A stretch of 64,000 nucleotides of DNA from Octopus vulgaris (taxonomy: Eukaryota): assembly GCA_951406725.2 (NCBI GenBank), contig OX597826.1, positions 58,404,001 through 58,468,000 of the forward strand, read 5' to 3'. Below are positions 30,614-45,199 of this stretch, in pieces. The position numbers were made by a program, and so were the translations under genes. The notes under the pieces were generated by a model that saw nothing but the letters and a program-made list of their open reading frames with translations, was not told the origin of the DNA and did not search any database. Within the stretch, counting starts at the first letter, position 1; every line of letters begins with the position of its first letter.

Positions 30614-31346
30614 CGTGCTTAGTGGTAAGCACCTCCCTACATCTTTAAAATGAACGTGAGCTTTAAATGAATAGATAGCGAGATAACTACATGTCAAGTT
30701 CCGTAGTCTTCAGTTCTCGCGCTATCTCCTGCTTCTATCCCCTGCTAACACACACAAGGCACACACAAACAATCATAAGCATATATGGGATTTACAATTG
30801 ACAAGCACGTATTTGCATTCATATACGTATACACATAAATATAAATATAAATATAAATATATATGCATACAATATGTATAACACACATATATATATTAAT
30901 AAGCCTGTACATTCTACACACACACAAGCGCACGTGGAGATCCACAAACACACACATGAGTACACATGCACAGGTATTTAATTTTGTTAATTAACTAATT
31001 TGAAGCTATTTCACAGTGTAATTTTAAAAAGTACTAATAACACATATTCTCTTCGTAAACAGAGAAACAAATGGTATGCAAAGACGTCTCATTATTACAG
31101 CTAATTGTAGATTGTGATTGATTTAAATAGCGATTAGTTAACACTTCACTGCAGGGGAAGTGTAAAAGAAGTGTATGTGTCCAATGATAAATAGACAAGA
31201 CAGCGCGAAAAATCTCAGGGTAATATCCACCAGATATATTCTAATATGTTAAAATTCCACAGGGAAAGGATTTTATCACTAGATGAAAGATCTTGACATT
31301 TTCCTTTCTAAAATAACCTGCTGTTTGTATATCTATCTATCGATCG

Positions 31347-31421
<75 letters not shown>

Positions 31422-31531
31422 CATTTCCCTATCTATCTGTCTGTCTATCTGTCTCTCTGTCTTTCTGTCTGTCTTTCTTTGTGTATGTGTATAAATATAT
31501 ATATACATACATACATACATACATACATACA

Positions 31532-31563
<32 letters not shown>

Positions 31564-31896
31564 CATACATACATACATACATACATACATACATACATAC
31601 ATACATACATACATACATACATACATACATACATTCATACTTACATACATACATACAATAATAGAAATATTATTATTTTTAAATTTCTCGAAGAGAGTTA
31701 TTCAGTAAATGTTATTTAAAGTAAATGCTATTTGCCAACATAATGTGGCAGTGCTGGATTCCCTGTTCGAAAATATTAAGACATAGATATTGTGTCATAT
31801 AGCCCGCTGGAAAGGATGTTTCCTGGGGCTAAACAACAGTAACAATCGTCCCTTCCAGGACTGAAAAATTATGTTGGTAAATATCCTTTACACACA

Positions 31897-31935
<39 letters not shown>

Positions 31936-32051
31936 GCATTTATACATGTGTAAATATATGTAAATATATATAAATATATGTAGATATATATATATATTTA
32001 CGTGTGTGTGTGTATATATACACATACATATATATACATATGTACATACAT

Positions 32052-32094
<43 letters not shown>

Positions 32095-32096
32095 CA

Positions 32097-32128
<32 letters not shown>

Positions 32129-32130
32129 CA

Positions 32131-32224
<94 letters not shown>

Positions 32225-32574
32225 TGTATATATATTTCAGTGTGACTTAATGGTTGTGAATCCAACCAACTAAAGGATAGTAACTATCCAAAATGCTGCT
32301 GGTAGTGTACCCAATTATTAATACTCAAGTGCTGGTTATTGTATGGCAACTTCACTATTGAGCGTAATAAATGGCTGAGGATAAAAAGTGATTTACCCTT
32401 AATTTATATGGCAAGAAAAAATTGGAGGGGATACAGAAATAGTATACATCAACCGTTAGACATTACATTATATCTATTTATTTATTCTCAAACATTTATG
32501 AGAATAAATACATATATAAAGACCGTGTGTTACATACACACGTACCAGTTATTCATTGAATAGAAAAAGAACAA

Positions 32575-32705
32575 TTTATTACGGCCGTTTCTGCCAAGAG
32601 GTCACAATGCCCTACATGTTATTTCTATGTCTTCAGTGTTCTGTAGTGATCAGTAGATAAAATTAGGGTATTGGCTGTGCCTCTAGGCTTCATCAGAGAG
32701 TTTAA
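32575..32705 (-). ncRNA. Penelope-type hammerhead ribozyme core with long stem II
   Basis: Minus strand CTGATGA-A-GCCTAGAGG...CCTCTTGGC-A-GAAAC-GGCC-GTA; palindromic stem III; stem I poorly paired. Confidence 0.6.
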
Positions 32706-32778
32706 AGATGTCTAAAAAGTTCAGAAGTCTAATGAATGTATATATAAATACACATATACACACTCATATATATATATA

Positions 32779-32828
<50 letters not shown>

Positions 32829-33052
32829 CATACATATACACATATACATATATAAATAAGAGTCAGTTACTTATATATATAAAGAGTATAGGGCAACTAA
32901 GTTGACGCTGTTTCGCTGGCTTCCACGTACACATGGAAGGCGCGCGTGCACACACACATACACACGCACACATTTGCACACACACACACACACACACGCA
33001 CACACACACACACACATATATATATGTGTGTGTGTGTGTAGATGTGTATATG

Positions 33053-33101
<49 letters not shown>

Positions 33102-33167
33102 ATGTTTATATAAGTAGACTGACGGACAGATAGATATATTGCTAGATAGACAGATAGATAAATAGAC

Positions 33168-33256
<89 letters not shown>

Positions 33257-33883
33257 TGTGTGTGCAAATGTGTACGTGTGTGTGCGTGCGTGTGTATGTG
33301 TGTGCTTATGTGATTGTGTGCACGCGTTAACGTTGTTGCCCTATACACTTTATACGAACAGAAACCAAATTACGTCCACAGTTACAGCACGTCCAAATGA
33401 TACATGTGCAGATTATAGAACAATAGAGTCCCTGACATATCTTTGCTGATCTGGGTTTAGACAACACAACCACCACACCAGCATTAACATCACCACCGCC
33501 ACCACCACCACAACAGTAGTAGGAAATAATTTAACCACAGAGATGCGGCCAAAATGCTTGGATTCAATAAACGGATCTTTTGGCTCTCCTTACTCCCAGT
33601 CTCCAAGAGATACTAGAGGAAGTTCGATTATCGGTGATGGTGCGAAAATATCCTGGATAAGTCAGTGAAAATATATTTGCGGTCGTGTGTTAACAATCGT
33701 AGTTATGATGTGACGTTATTATGTGATGATTTTATGATGTCACTTTATGATGTGTCGTTCGAGAAAGACATACGGTGACGTAGGTGTCACGTACCTTAAT
33801 AAACACTTCGGTGATATCAGTATCTCTCCGAAGCAAAAATGTCACACTGCAAAATCTGCGTCTCTTGCATAATCACGTACACA

Positions 33884-33976
<93 letters not shown>

Positions 33977-34694
33977 CACATACAGACACATACATACACA
34001 CGGGCACACTCACAAACACACACTCACAAACACACATACACACACAAACACACACACACAAATAGAACTTTATCAGTAACATTTGATCTAATTAGGAAAA
34101 CAGACTACTTTTTCCGCCGATCCCTTCCATAAGTGACCAAATCGTCTGCGATGTAATTCTCGGCTATTTTCATTACACAGTTGGTCGACTGTCTGACCGT
34201 TGACTTCTTTACCAAGACCACTACAGGGTATATCTCGGGGTCGTAGCAACACTCACACATAAATAAATAAGCGCACACACATATTCGTACATTCACACAC
34301 ACGGAAGCATACACGCATAGGCACAAAATTTGGATATTCACTTAAAATAAAAGCAATCGGCTGATGGATAAGGATTCATTAACCAACAATGTTTAACTTC
34401 CCGCGCACACATAGACATACGCACACATATTCCTACTGACAAACGCACATATACGTGCTATTTCCTCTCTATCTGGGCTATACCGATATTCTAACATCAT
34501 TAACTCCCCTTGACTTGTAAAAGTCTAACTCACTTCTCTTCAAGCCTACAGTTTTCTTTTCCCATCCATTTTTTTTCTCATCTCACTATCTCAAGCGTTT
34601 CTATCCCAGTCACAGATATCGTTTACCCAGTCTGCCATAGTTATAAATTCAAAACAGCGGATTTCCTGTACAGAACTTATACATCATCGGTGCA

Positions 34695-35070
34695 GGTTCT
34701 GGGTTCAGTCCCACTGCGTGATACCTTCGACAAGTGTCTTCTACTATAGCCTCGGGCCGACCAAAGCCTTGTGAGTGAATTTGGTTGACGGAAACTGAAA
34801 GAATCCTGTCGTGCATATATATATTATTATGTGTATATCTATATGTGTGAGTGTCTTTACGTCTGTATTTGTCTCCTCCATCACCGCTTGACAACCGGTG
34901 TTGGTGTGCTTGCATCCACGCAACTTAGTAGTTGGACAAAAAGACCGATAGAATAAGTACGAGGCTTGAAAAATAAGTTCCGTGGTCGATTTTTTCGACT
35001 AAAATACTTCAAGGCGGTGCTCCAGCATGGCCGCAGTCAAATTATTAAAACAAATAAAAGAATTAAAGAA
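34695..35070 (+). mobile_element. SINE family A
   Basis: gggttcagtcccactgcgtg...gaccgatagaataagtac...ccagcatggccgcagtcaa. Confidence 0.85.
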
Positions 35071-35158
35071 TTGCAGGATCATGTACATTACAGAACAGCG
35101 ATATGTTATTTAGAAATGCACGATGGCTTCAATACACGAGGGCTTCATTGCACGACGG

Positions 35159-35542
35159 TGGAGGCGCAATGGCCCAGTGGTTAGGGTAGCGGACTCGCGA
35201 TCATAGGATCGCGGTTTCGATTCCCAGACCGGGCGTTGTGAGTGTTTATTGAGCGAAAACACCTAAAGCTCCACGAGGCTCCGGCAGGGGGTGGTGGTGA
35301 TCCCTGCTGTACTCTTTCACCACAACTTTCTCTCACTCTTACTTCCTGTTTCTGTTGTACCTGTATTTCAAAGGGCCGGCCTGGTCACTCTCTGTGTCAC
35401 GCTGAATATCCCCGAGAACTACGTTAAGGGTACACGTGTCTGTGGAGTGCTCAGCCACTTACACGTTAATTTCACGAGCAGGCTGTTCCGTTGATTCGGA
35501 TCAACCGGAACCCTCATCGTCGTAACCGACGGAGTGCTTCCA
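35159..35542 (+). mobile_element. Full-length tRNA-derived SINE family C with 13-bp target-site duplication
   Basis: A-box TGGCCCAGTGG, B-box-like GGTTTCGATTCC; CATTGCACGACGG at 35146-35158 and 35543-35555. Confidence 0.9.
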
Positions 35543-36084
35543 CATTGCACGACGGCTTCATTACACGACGGCTTCAACACACGACGGGTTCGGTACACGA
35601 CGGCTTACTTAAGAACAAGCTTCTGTCGTGGTTTATTAAAATGGAGATATTTTTTTTTTGGTGATTATTCAAACGTGGACAAAAAGATGAATCTTCAAAC
35701 TAACTAATCGGCTGTTTTAATTTCAGCAGTCATCTGAGCATCTCAAAATGATGGTCTACTAAAACTGTAAACTAATGCCAAAAAAAAAAAGAAGAAAAAA
35801 AGAAAGAAGGAAAGAAAACTTTTTTGATGTAACACCGAACACCTCAGGTTATGGGATAGGAATCTCCGTTTCAAAAAACACAGACAAAATCTTTGCTCCT
35901 ACAATAAAGGAAAGTTCCGTTGTGGGAACCATCGTTCGTTACTAGTAACAAATTGCCGTTCTGCAGCGTATAAAAGCCTCTCCGTAGTTTATACTTCCCA
36001 GAGAGGACTGCTTTACTCAGAGAGAGATGGCAAGACCAGTTTAGGTGTTGGACAAGGATAAAAAGACCAATAAGATCAAGTTAC

Positions 36085-36428
36085 TCATCATCATCGTCTT
36101 CTTCTTCTTCTTTTTCTTCTTCTTCTTCTTCTTCTTCTTCTCCTTCCTCCTCTCTTCTTCTTCTTCTTCTTCTTCTTCTTCTCCTTCTTCTTCTTCTTCT
36201 TCTTCTTCTTCTTCTTCTTCTTCTTCTTCTTCTTCTCCTTCTTCTTCTTCTTCTTCTTCTTCTTCTTCTCCTCCTCCTCCTCCTCCTCTTCCTTCTTCTT
36301 CTTCTTCTTCTTCTCCTCCTCCTCCTCCCCTCCACTACCACCGTCATCATCACCATCATCACCATTATCATCATCACCATCATCACCATTATCATCATCA
36401 TCATCATCAACTTCTATATTTGCTGCTG

Positions 36429-36474
<46 letters not shown>

Positions 36475-36505
36475 AACTGCTGCTGCTGCTGCTACTACTA
36501 CTACA
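36085..36505. repeat. Compound (TTC)n(TCC)n(CAT)n(CTA)n microsatellite
   Basis: Directly visible. Confidence 0.95.
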
Positions 36506-37228
36506 AGTCGGGATCAAAATACAAGGGTGACCACCTTCCTCTCCCCCCTAGGGAATCCTGGGCATCATAATCCCGTCCACCTTATCAACACATGCTATGA
36601 AGATAACGGCCACATTAACTTCTCCGTTAATCACATTTTGTGGTCTTGATGATGGAGCAAATGGTCAAACAGTTGACCACGTGTGAAAGTAAAATGGCCG
36701 ACAGGAATTTCACGGCTGTCGATGAAGTCACGTGTGTGTGTTGTGTTGGCGGGAAAAAATTAGTGCTGTTTTTCTATTTAATCAGATGTTGCTGATAGCT
36801 TTTACTGGTCAAGGAGAGTTTACTCAATTGGTTGAGTGGGATAACGGTGGGTCATGGCTGGAGATGCTCAGGTGTTAATGTTGTTGTTGGTGTTGTTGTT
36901 GTCGGTGGTGGTGTTGGTGGTGTTGGTGCTGGTGTCAGTGGTGGTAGTGGTGTTGGTGTTGGCGGTGGCAGTCGTAGTGCTGTTGGTGGTGGTGGTGGCA
37001 GCGGTGATGTTCGTGGTGGTGTTGGTGGTGGCCAAGGTGGTGTTGGAGGTGGTGGTGTTGGTGGTGGAGGTCGTGTTGTTGGTAATCGCGCTTTTGATAA
37101 TCGTGGCATTGGTGGCGGCGGTGGAGTAGATGATTTCGTTGTTGGTTTCGTAAATGTTGCGTGTGTATGAGCATAAGCGTAGGTTTGTGCACGTGTGCAC
37201 GTGTGTGTGTGTGTGCGTGTGTGTGTCC

Positions 37229-37264
<36 letters not shown>

Positions 37265-37740
37265 GGTCTATCTTCAGGAGAATTGGTTAATTGTTTTCGG
37301 AGGATCGTTATGAGGTTGGACCAAAAAGAAATTCAATTGTTAGAACTGATGGTGATGAAAATTGATGAGGATGATGATGATGAGGATGATGGGGGCGGGG
37401 TTTGGTAAGGTGTTCGTGGTAAGTTCAAGAAGTTCGAGGTTATGGTCATGGAGATCATAGTGGTGCCTATGATGCTGAATACAATAAGGGTGATGATGCT
37501 GATGATGATGGCAACGTCGACGATGATGATGATGATGATGATGATGACGACGACGATGATGATGATGATGATGATGATGACGACGACGACATTGACGATG
37601 ATGAAGGTGATGATGGTAGTGGTAGTGATGGCGGTGATGTTAGAAATGGTGGTCATGGATTTGATGATGACAACTTTGAGAATAATAATGGTGATGATGT
37701 CGACGATAATGACGTAAATAGAGAACTAATGATATATTGG

Positions 37741-37780
<40 letters not shown>

Positions 37781-37964
37781 AAGAGAGAGAAAGGAAAGAA
37801 AAAATCGAAGGGAAGACAAATCGGATAGAGGAAAAGAGCGACACATCCAAAAATGCATTGTCTCTCCTTTCTATAAGAAAATTATGTGATTGTTTTAAAA
37901 TTTGAGATTACACTGAAATTAGGATTTATTATTGCGTAGGATTTATAATAAAATAATAATAATG

Positions 37965-38041
<77 letters not shown>

Positions 38042-38057
38042 TATAATGATAATAATA

Positions 38058-38138
<81 letters not shown>

Positions 38139-38513
38139 GATATTATTATTATTGATGTTGTTGTTGTTATTGTTGTTGTCGTCTTCGACGTCATTGCTGC
38201 TGTTGTACGATAGTGCACTCTTTGAGGTGGCATTTGTTGCTATTTCTTGTACGTTGTGCAACTACTTCAAATTCCCTTACGTTGGCACACAATGCCGTTG
38301 CTGCTGGTACTGACAGTGGTATTGATGATGATGATGGTGATAACGATAACGATGATGACGATCATGCAAATGATGATGATTCTGATGACGATGATGATGC
38401 TATAGACGTGGATAATTACGAGAAGTAGGGAGGGGCTATGAAGGATTATTGAAATTTATGATGACGTAATTGATCAAGAGCAACGTCAGCACCGTCGCTG
38501 TCGTCGTCGCAAT

Positions 38514-38559
<46 letters not shown>

Positions 38560-38679
38560 GCTGTTGCTGCTACTACTACTACTACTACTACTACTACTTG
38601 CCTCCTACTACTACCACCTCTCACAAGCTATCTACTACTACTAACTACTACTACTACTACTACAACAACAAAAACAACA

Positions 38680-38710
<31 letters not shown>

Positions 38711-38727
38711 ATACTACCACCTCTACT

Positions 38728-38775
<48 letters not shown>

Positions 38776-38904
38776 TTACTACTACTACAATAAGAAAAGT
38801 AACGACTAAGGTGTGTGCTACTACTACTACTACTACTACTAGTTTCTATATGATGCTAACGTTAAGAAGTATTTACATTAATATATATGTATGAAGATAT
38901 ATAA

Positions 38905-38936
<32 letters not shown>

Positions 38937-39546
38937 GTGCGTATGTGTGTGAGTGTGTGTGTGAGTGTGTGTGTGCGCGCGCATATACATATGTATATGC
39001 AACAACAGCAACAGCAACAACAATATTAACAACACCAAAATCATAGTGTAACAACAATAACAACAAGGATAACAGTTATATCAGCAACAATAAGAAACAG
39101 TAACGACTAAGGTGTGTGCCTACATGTATATCTATATCCATCTATCTCTCTATATATTTATGTGTGTGTATGTATATGTACGTATATATATATATATGTA
39201 TGAAGATATATAAATATGTATATATATATATATATATGTCAAAGGAATTCCAACTGTCTGTGTTTATGTTTTATTTATATTCTTTATAATATTAATGTAG
39301 AATATATAATATATAGTATAAATAGTATATATAGTAAAATGAAATGAAGTATTGATTGTCTTATTGAATACATGAACTATTGAATATCAAATATTAAGGG
39401 ACTAGTATACTTTCTTGCACTTAAGCAGTCTTCAAAGGTCTCAAGTTGTGACAGGAGTGTTTCAACTGACAGTTGAAACCCTGACAGTTGAAATATAAAA
39501 ACAGAGTTAGAATTCATTTGAATAATATATATATATATATATATAT

Positions 39547-40283
39547 ATGTGTCATACCATAAATAAGTTCTTTTTTAATCTAAAATATACTCTCCTTAAT
39601 TTTCTATGTTCTTCTATCTCTCTGGTAGACTCTTCCAAAATTCACTTGTCTCTCATGAAAAATACTCCTCAAGTACTGTTCTGACCTCTTCTACAAAATT
39701 CATATTTTCACCACCAATTGATTTTGAAGACTGCAGAATAAATGATATAATATGGTCAGTGGGGCATCGTTTCCCATTCAAACTTCTCCAGCCTTTGGAA
39801 TGTCATCTTCTCTGTAAGTGGCCGAGCATTATCTTGATGGAAGGACACATTTCGTCTTGAAACCAAAGATGGCTGTTTTTCTTCTAGTGCTGACTTGAAT
39901 GACTAGTTGAATGATTTAATCCAAGCTTCTGTGCTACTTACTCAACAGTTATTATGAGATTTTGTTACACCAGGGTTTGCAGGACGTCCTCATCGAGCTC
40001 TGCAGATCTTCCAGGATGAGGCTTGTCTTCTAGACTGTAGTTTCCGGTTCGGAACTCATAAGGGAAAATATGCCGAATATACTCCTTTGTCATTTCCATT
40101 ACAGCTATTTAAAAAAATAATGGTTAAGATCGGACTGCACTCTTTAGAACTTGCACTAAGAATAAGGACAAGGTAATATTAATATCTGCTTTTGTAGCAA
40201 AATGATGCAGGTATTTTATCCCGTCCCCCTTTGACTTTTAGTTCATGCAATTGAAAAAAACCACATTATTTATACAGTTATAT
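39547..40283 (-). mobile_element. Internally deleted mariner transposon
   Basis: Minus-strand peptides MEMTKEYIRHI, FRTGNYSLEDKPHPGRS and FHQDNARP...FEWETMPH (mariner DD34D region). TIR-like ends (cataaataag / attatttata) next to TA. Confidence 0.8.
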
Positions 40284-40333
40284 ATTTAAGAGGTGAGGAA
40301 TTGTGTACGTTATTTATAGCCCAATATATATAG

Positions 40334-40390
<57 letters not shown>

Positions 40391-40514
40391 CTATATATAT
40401 ACATGTGTGTGTGTGTGTATGCATATATATATATACAAACACAGGCATACATACCTACATACACGTGCAAACATATACATACATACATATATGTATATAT
40501 GCTTTTTTACTTTA

Positions 40515-40716
40515 AGCACAAAGCCCCTAATATGGGGTGGGAGGGGCATGTCGATTAGATCGACCCCAGTACGTAACTGGTACTTAATTTATCGAACCCG
40601 AAAGGATGAAAGGCAAAGTCGACCACAGCGGAATTTGAACTTAGAACACGAAGACAAACGAAATACCGCAAAGCGTTTCGCCCTGCTTGCTAACGTTTCT
40701 CCCAGCTCGTCACCTT
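40515..40716 (-). mobile_element. SINE family B
   Basis: gaaaggatgaaaggcaaagtcgacc core and gctaacgtttct head. Confidence 0.85.
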
Positions 40717-41003
40717 TACATACATGTATATATCGACGTAGCAATGACAACAGCAAAGGCAGAGATTCACATTTAACAAATTGACAATCACGTTATCAAG
40801 CAAAGAGAAGATTCTTTTTCCTTTTAGTTTTTCATATTTTATTAATTGATGTTCTACTCTCATAAAAATCAGTTATGGTGACAGGAAGTCTACGTAGAAA
40901 CCATTAAAACATCCATTCTGATGCTCTTTAACTCTTTATCTCACTACCTGCTTCGCCTCTCATCCTCTCATTCTCCTTATTTCTTTCAAAGGAGCTCTCC
41001 TCA

Positions 41004-41093
<90 letters not shown>

Positions 41094-41299
41094 TTATATG
41101 TATGTATGTACGTAAAAGAATATTTGTATCCTGTCCTTATTTCAGAAGATTAAACGAGCTTTACTGTGACAAATTGAAGTATTGAGTACTTGAAATGGTA
41201 GAGTAGTCACAGGCAAGCCGAGGTACGCAGGACTTTCTGAATTAAGCACTTAACGAAAAATTACCTTCAACTACTTTAGCAATGCGGGCCGCGTCACTT

Positions 41300-41665
41300 A
41301 GCCTGGACCGGGCTGCGTGTTGTGTTCTTGTGCAAGACACTTTATTTCACGTTGCTCCAGTTAACTCGACTGTAGGAATGAGTTGCGACATCACTGGTAC
41401 TAAGCTGTATCGGTCTTAGGTTGTGAGGTCAAATCCCGGACCGGGCTGCGTGTTGTGTTCTTGAGCGAGACACTTTATTTCACGTTGCTAGTGCCAAGTG
41501 GTATTGGCTTTGCCTTTCCCTTGGATAACATCGGTGGCGTGGAGAGGAGAGCCTGTTGTGCATGGGCGACTGATGGTCTGCCATAAAACAACCTTGCCCG
41601 GACTTGTGCCTCGGTGGGTAACTTTGTAGGTGCAATCTCATGGTTATTCCTGACCGAAGGGGTCA
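41300..41665 (+). mobile_element. tRNA-derived SINE family D with internal duplication
   Basis: ggaccgggctgcgtgttgtgttcttg...acactttatttcacgttgct occurs twice (about 41305 and 41438); homologous to the minus-strand copy at 50585-50868. Confidence 0.8.
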
Positions 41666-41896
41666 CACTTTCTGGGCAAAAGTCACTTAATCAAAATGCG
41701 AGATTAAAACAAAAACAAAAATATTATTTTATATGCAACTTTGCTAATAAATCGACAAACGTTGAAAAATAAAAACAGATTTTAACTCACAGTATTCAAT
41801 TATTAATTATTCATAATTGGAATGAATAAATAAAATCGAGTATTAGGTATTTATGGAATTTTGATTTACCGTCGAGTGACATTTGGCCTACATATA

Positions 41897-42242
<346 letters not shown>

Positions 42243-42513
42243 GGATAAGAACGTTATTTAAAATGCTGATCTTATCAAGTGGCCCGCATGGGTAATAAAA
42301 TCCTCAAAGGTAATAATTATTATTAAAATTATAATTAAGGGTATCTGAGAGATACTACCATGCTAGAAATAGCAGCCAAAACTTGACTCTAAAACCACAT
42401 TAAATGTTCATACAGCACAAGGAGAGAAGACAACGAGACAAAATAAACTAGCAAGAAAAAAAAAAAGATTCACTGGATAATTTCAGATCCTGCATATGCT
42501 TTGCTTCATCATA

Positions 42514-42567
<54 letters not shown>

Positions 42568-42614
42568 TACTTGTTTCAGTCATTTGACTGAGGCCATGCT
42601 GGAGCACCGCCTTT

Positions 42615-42783
42615 AGAGTGGTGAAAGAGTACAGCAGGGATCACCACCTCCTGCCGGAGCCTCGTGGAGCTTTTAGGTGTTATTTTCGCTCAATAAACAC
42701 ACACAACGCCCGGTCTGGGAATCGAAACCGCGATCCTCCGACCGCAAGTCCGCTGCCCTAACCACTAGGCCATTGCGCCTCCA
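42615..42783 (-). mobile_element. SINE family C 5' part
   Basis: Reverse complement of ggaggcgcaatggcctagtggttagggcagcggac...gtttcgattcccagaccgggcg. Confidence 0.85.
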
Positions 42784-43303
42784 TATATATATATTCTATA
42801 ATAAATTTCAGACCGTGTTATAAACAGCTCCTGGGGCTACAAACTACAGTAGCATCCGCCTTTAGGGGTTAGCCATATATAAATGGCAAATATACGTCAC
42901 GATGTGTTGTGGCTAACTCGCTCTGAGATTTAATATTGCTTGTTTACACTTTTTCGATGTCAGTATCTATCGATACTGGAAAAAGGTTGAAGTATTTGTG
43001 AAGGGAACCTACTTCTCATCGACAACTGTGATTGTCACACGCCGATGACAGGTCAATACCCAGAAACTCGAGTCCGTGTGTATCATAAGTTGAAGACGGA
43101 AATGATGGCTTCCCTTTGCAAATACTGATGGGGCACAGAAAATGTGTCTATAGCCAGCTAGAGGAGGTGTCCTCCTGGGGCTACAAACTACAGTAGCATC
43201 CACCCTTAGGGGTTAGCCATATTTAAATGGCAAATATACCAATATATATTCACTTTCATGTATATACATACATATACATACATACATACATACATACATA
43301 CAT

Positions 43304-43344
<41 letters not shown>

Positions 43345-43417
43345 TATATAAATGAAAGGGACCCTGACGGGTAAAACAGAAATTAAACGTATAGAAATAT
43401 TTCATCGTTCATAGACG

Positions 43418-43558
43418 CAGGAGTGGCTGTGTGGTAAGTAGCTAGCTTACCAACCACATGCTTCCAGATTCAGTACCACTGAATTGTACCTTAGGCAAGT
43501 GTCTGCTACTATAGCCTTGTGAGTGGATTTGGAAGACGGAAACTGAAAGAAGCCGGTC

Positions 43559-43595
<37 letters not shown>

Positions 43596-43865
43596 TATGT
43601 GAGAGTGTATGAGTGTGTGTGTGTGTGTTTGTGTGTCTGTGTTTGTGTCCCCCACCACCATCGCTCGACAACCGATGCTGGTGTGTTTACGTCCCCGCAA
43701 CTTAGCGTTTCGGCAAAAGTAGACCGATAGAATAAGAACTACGCTTACAAAGAATAAGTCCAGTACTAGGCTTACAAAGAATAAGTTTTGGGGTCGAGTT
43801 GCTCGACTAAAGTCGTTGCTCCAGCATGGCCGCAGTCAAATGACTGAAGCAAGTAAAAGAGTAAA
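43418..43865 (+). mobile_element. SINE family A, full length
   Basis: caggagtggctgtgtggtaagtagc head through the gactgaagcaagtaaaagagta tail. Confidence 0.9.
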
Positions 43866-44408
43866 CAGTAAAGAGACGACCAATTAAAGGCTGGGAACAA
43901 GATCTATTTAAATTTCTGACCCTTAAAAGACCACATTTACGTTGTGCCAAACCATTATGGCCATAAATATTATAGTGCTGTATATAGTAAAGTGGAATAG
44001 TGTTGATGGTGGGGATGCTAGCTCTAGTAGGATTCATGGTGATGGTGGTGACGGTGGAGATGGCGCTGATATTCGGTTTTATTTTTTTGGTTTGTAGTCA
44101 TGTCACCCCTCGCTATTTCTCGACATTCTGACCACGACTGTGTGTCCATGTGTGAGGAGGAGGGGGTGAGAGAGAGAAGGTGGGAGAAAAAAGAGTGGAA
44201 CGGATGAAATGATAGAGTAATGATATGGATAGAATGATATGTAGGCATATATGTGTATATATATATGTGTGTGTGTGTGTTTTGTGTGTGAGTGTGTGTG
44301 TACGCGCACATCTGCATATGTACGTACACATATACGCTTTATATATATATATATATATAAAGATCTATACATGCATATATGCATACATACATACATACAC
44401 ACACACAC

Positions 44409-44454
<46 letters not shown>

Positions 44455-44706
44455 GCGCACATACATATACACACGGAGACGACGGCTGGAAAGAAAGACT
44501 GAACGACAGACGGACTGTGTTTGAATATCTCAGCCGCAAATCTGTTTGTTCAGTGGACGTAGTCCGCACTCGTGTCATCCGTAATTATCCAAAGTAAACA
44601 ATCTGAAAGGTTTTGCGAAATTTTTCTAATGGCACTGCTCTTATTGTTCATCCGCAATTTGATAGACACAAACATACATACATACATACATACATACATA
44701 CATACA

Positions 44707-44740
<34 letters not shown>

Positions 44741-44774
44741 CACAAGCATATACGCTCATCTCTCTCTTTCTCTG

Positions 44775-44856
<82 letters not shown>

Positions 44857-45199
44857 CATATTGATAGATAAGTAGATACGACATGTTTGTAGATTACTAG
44901 ATAGATATGTCAGTAACATTCCTAAACTGCTATCGAATTATTTCTTGTATATCTTCAAGACATAAAACACACTTTTCCCTGATAGAAGTACGAAAGCAGC
45001 AATGTTTTTTTTTTGTTTTTGCTTTTTTCATGTGCACTTTAATTTGAACCCAGGCTAATAGAAATAAAAAACATCCCTCCGTGTAGGAATAAAAACATCC
45101 TCTATATATGTGGAAATTGCAGAAGCTACTTACAGGATGTTGCAAGCTCTTGTCCTCGTGGTGATTGCAACTATCATTATGTTGGAAATCTTCCCGTAC

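Noticed and set aside
34105-34250. YIADDLV resembling the RT YADD motif
   Set aside because: An isolated motif with no other RT motifs in register.
35159-35235. tRNA gene (also 47015-47090 and 50800-50868)
   Set aside because: A and B boxes are present, but the acceptor stem is poor and the sequence continues into SINE body.
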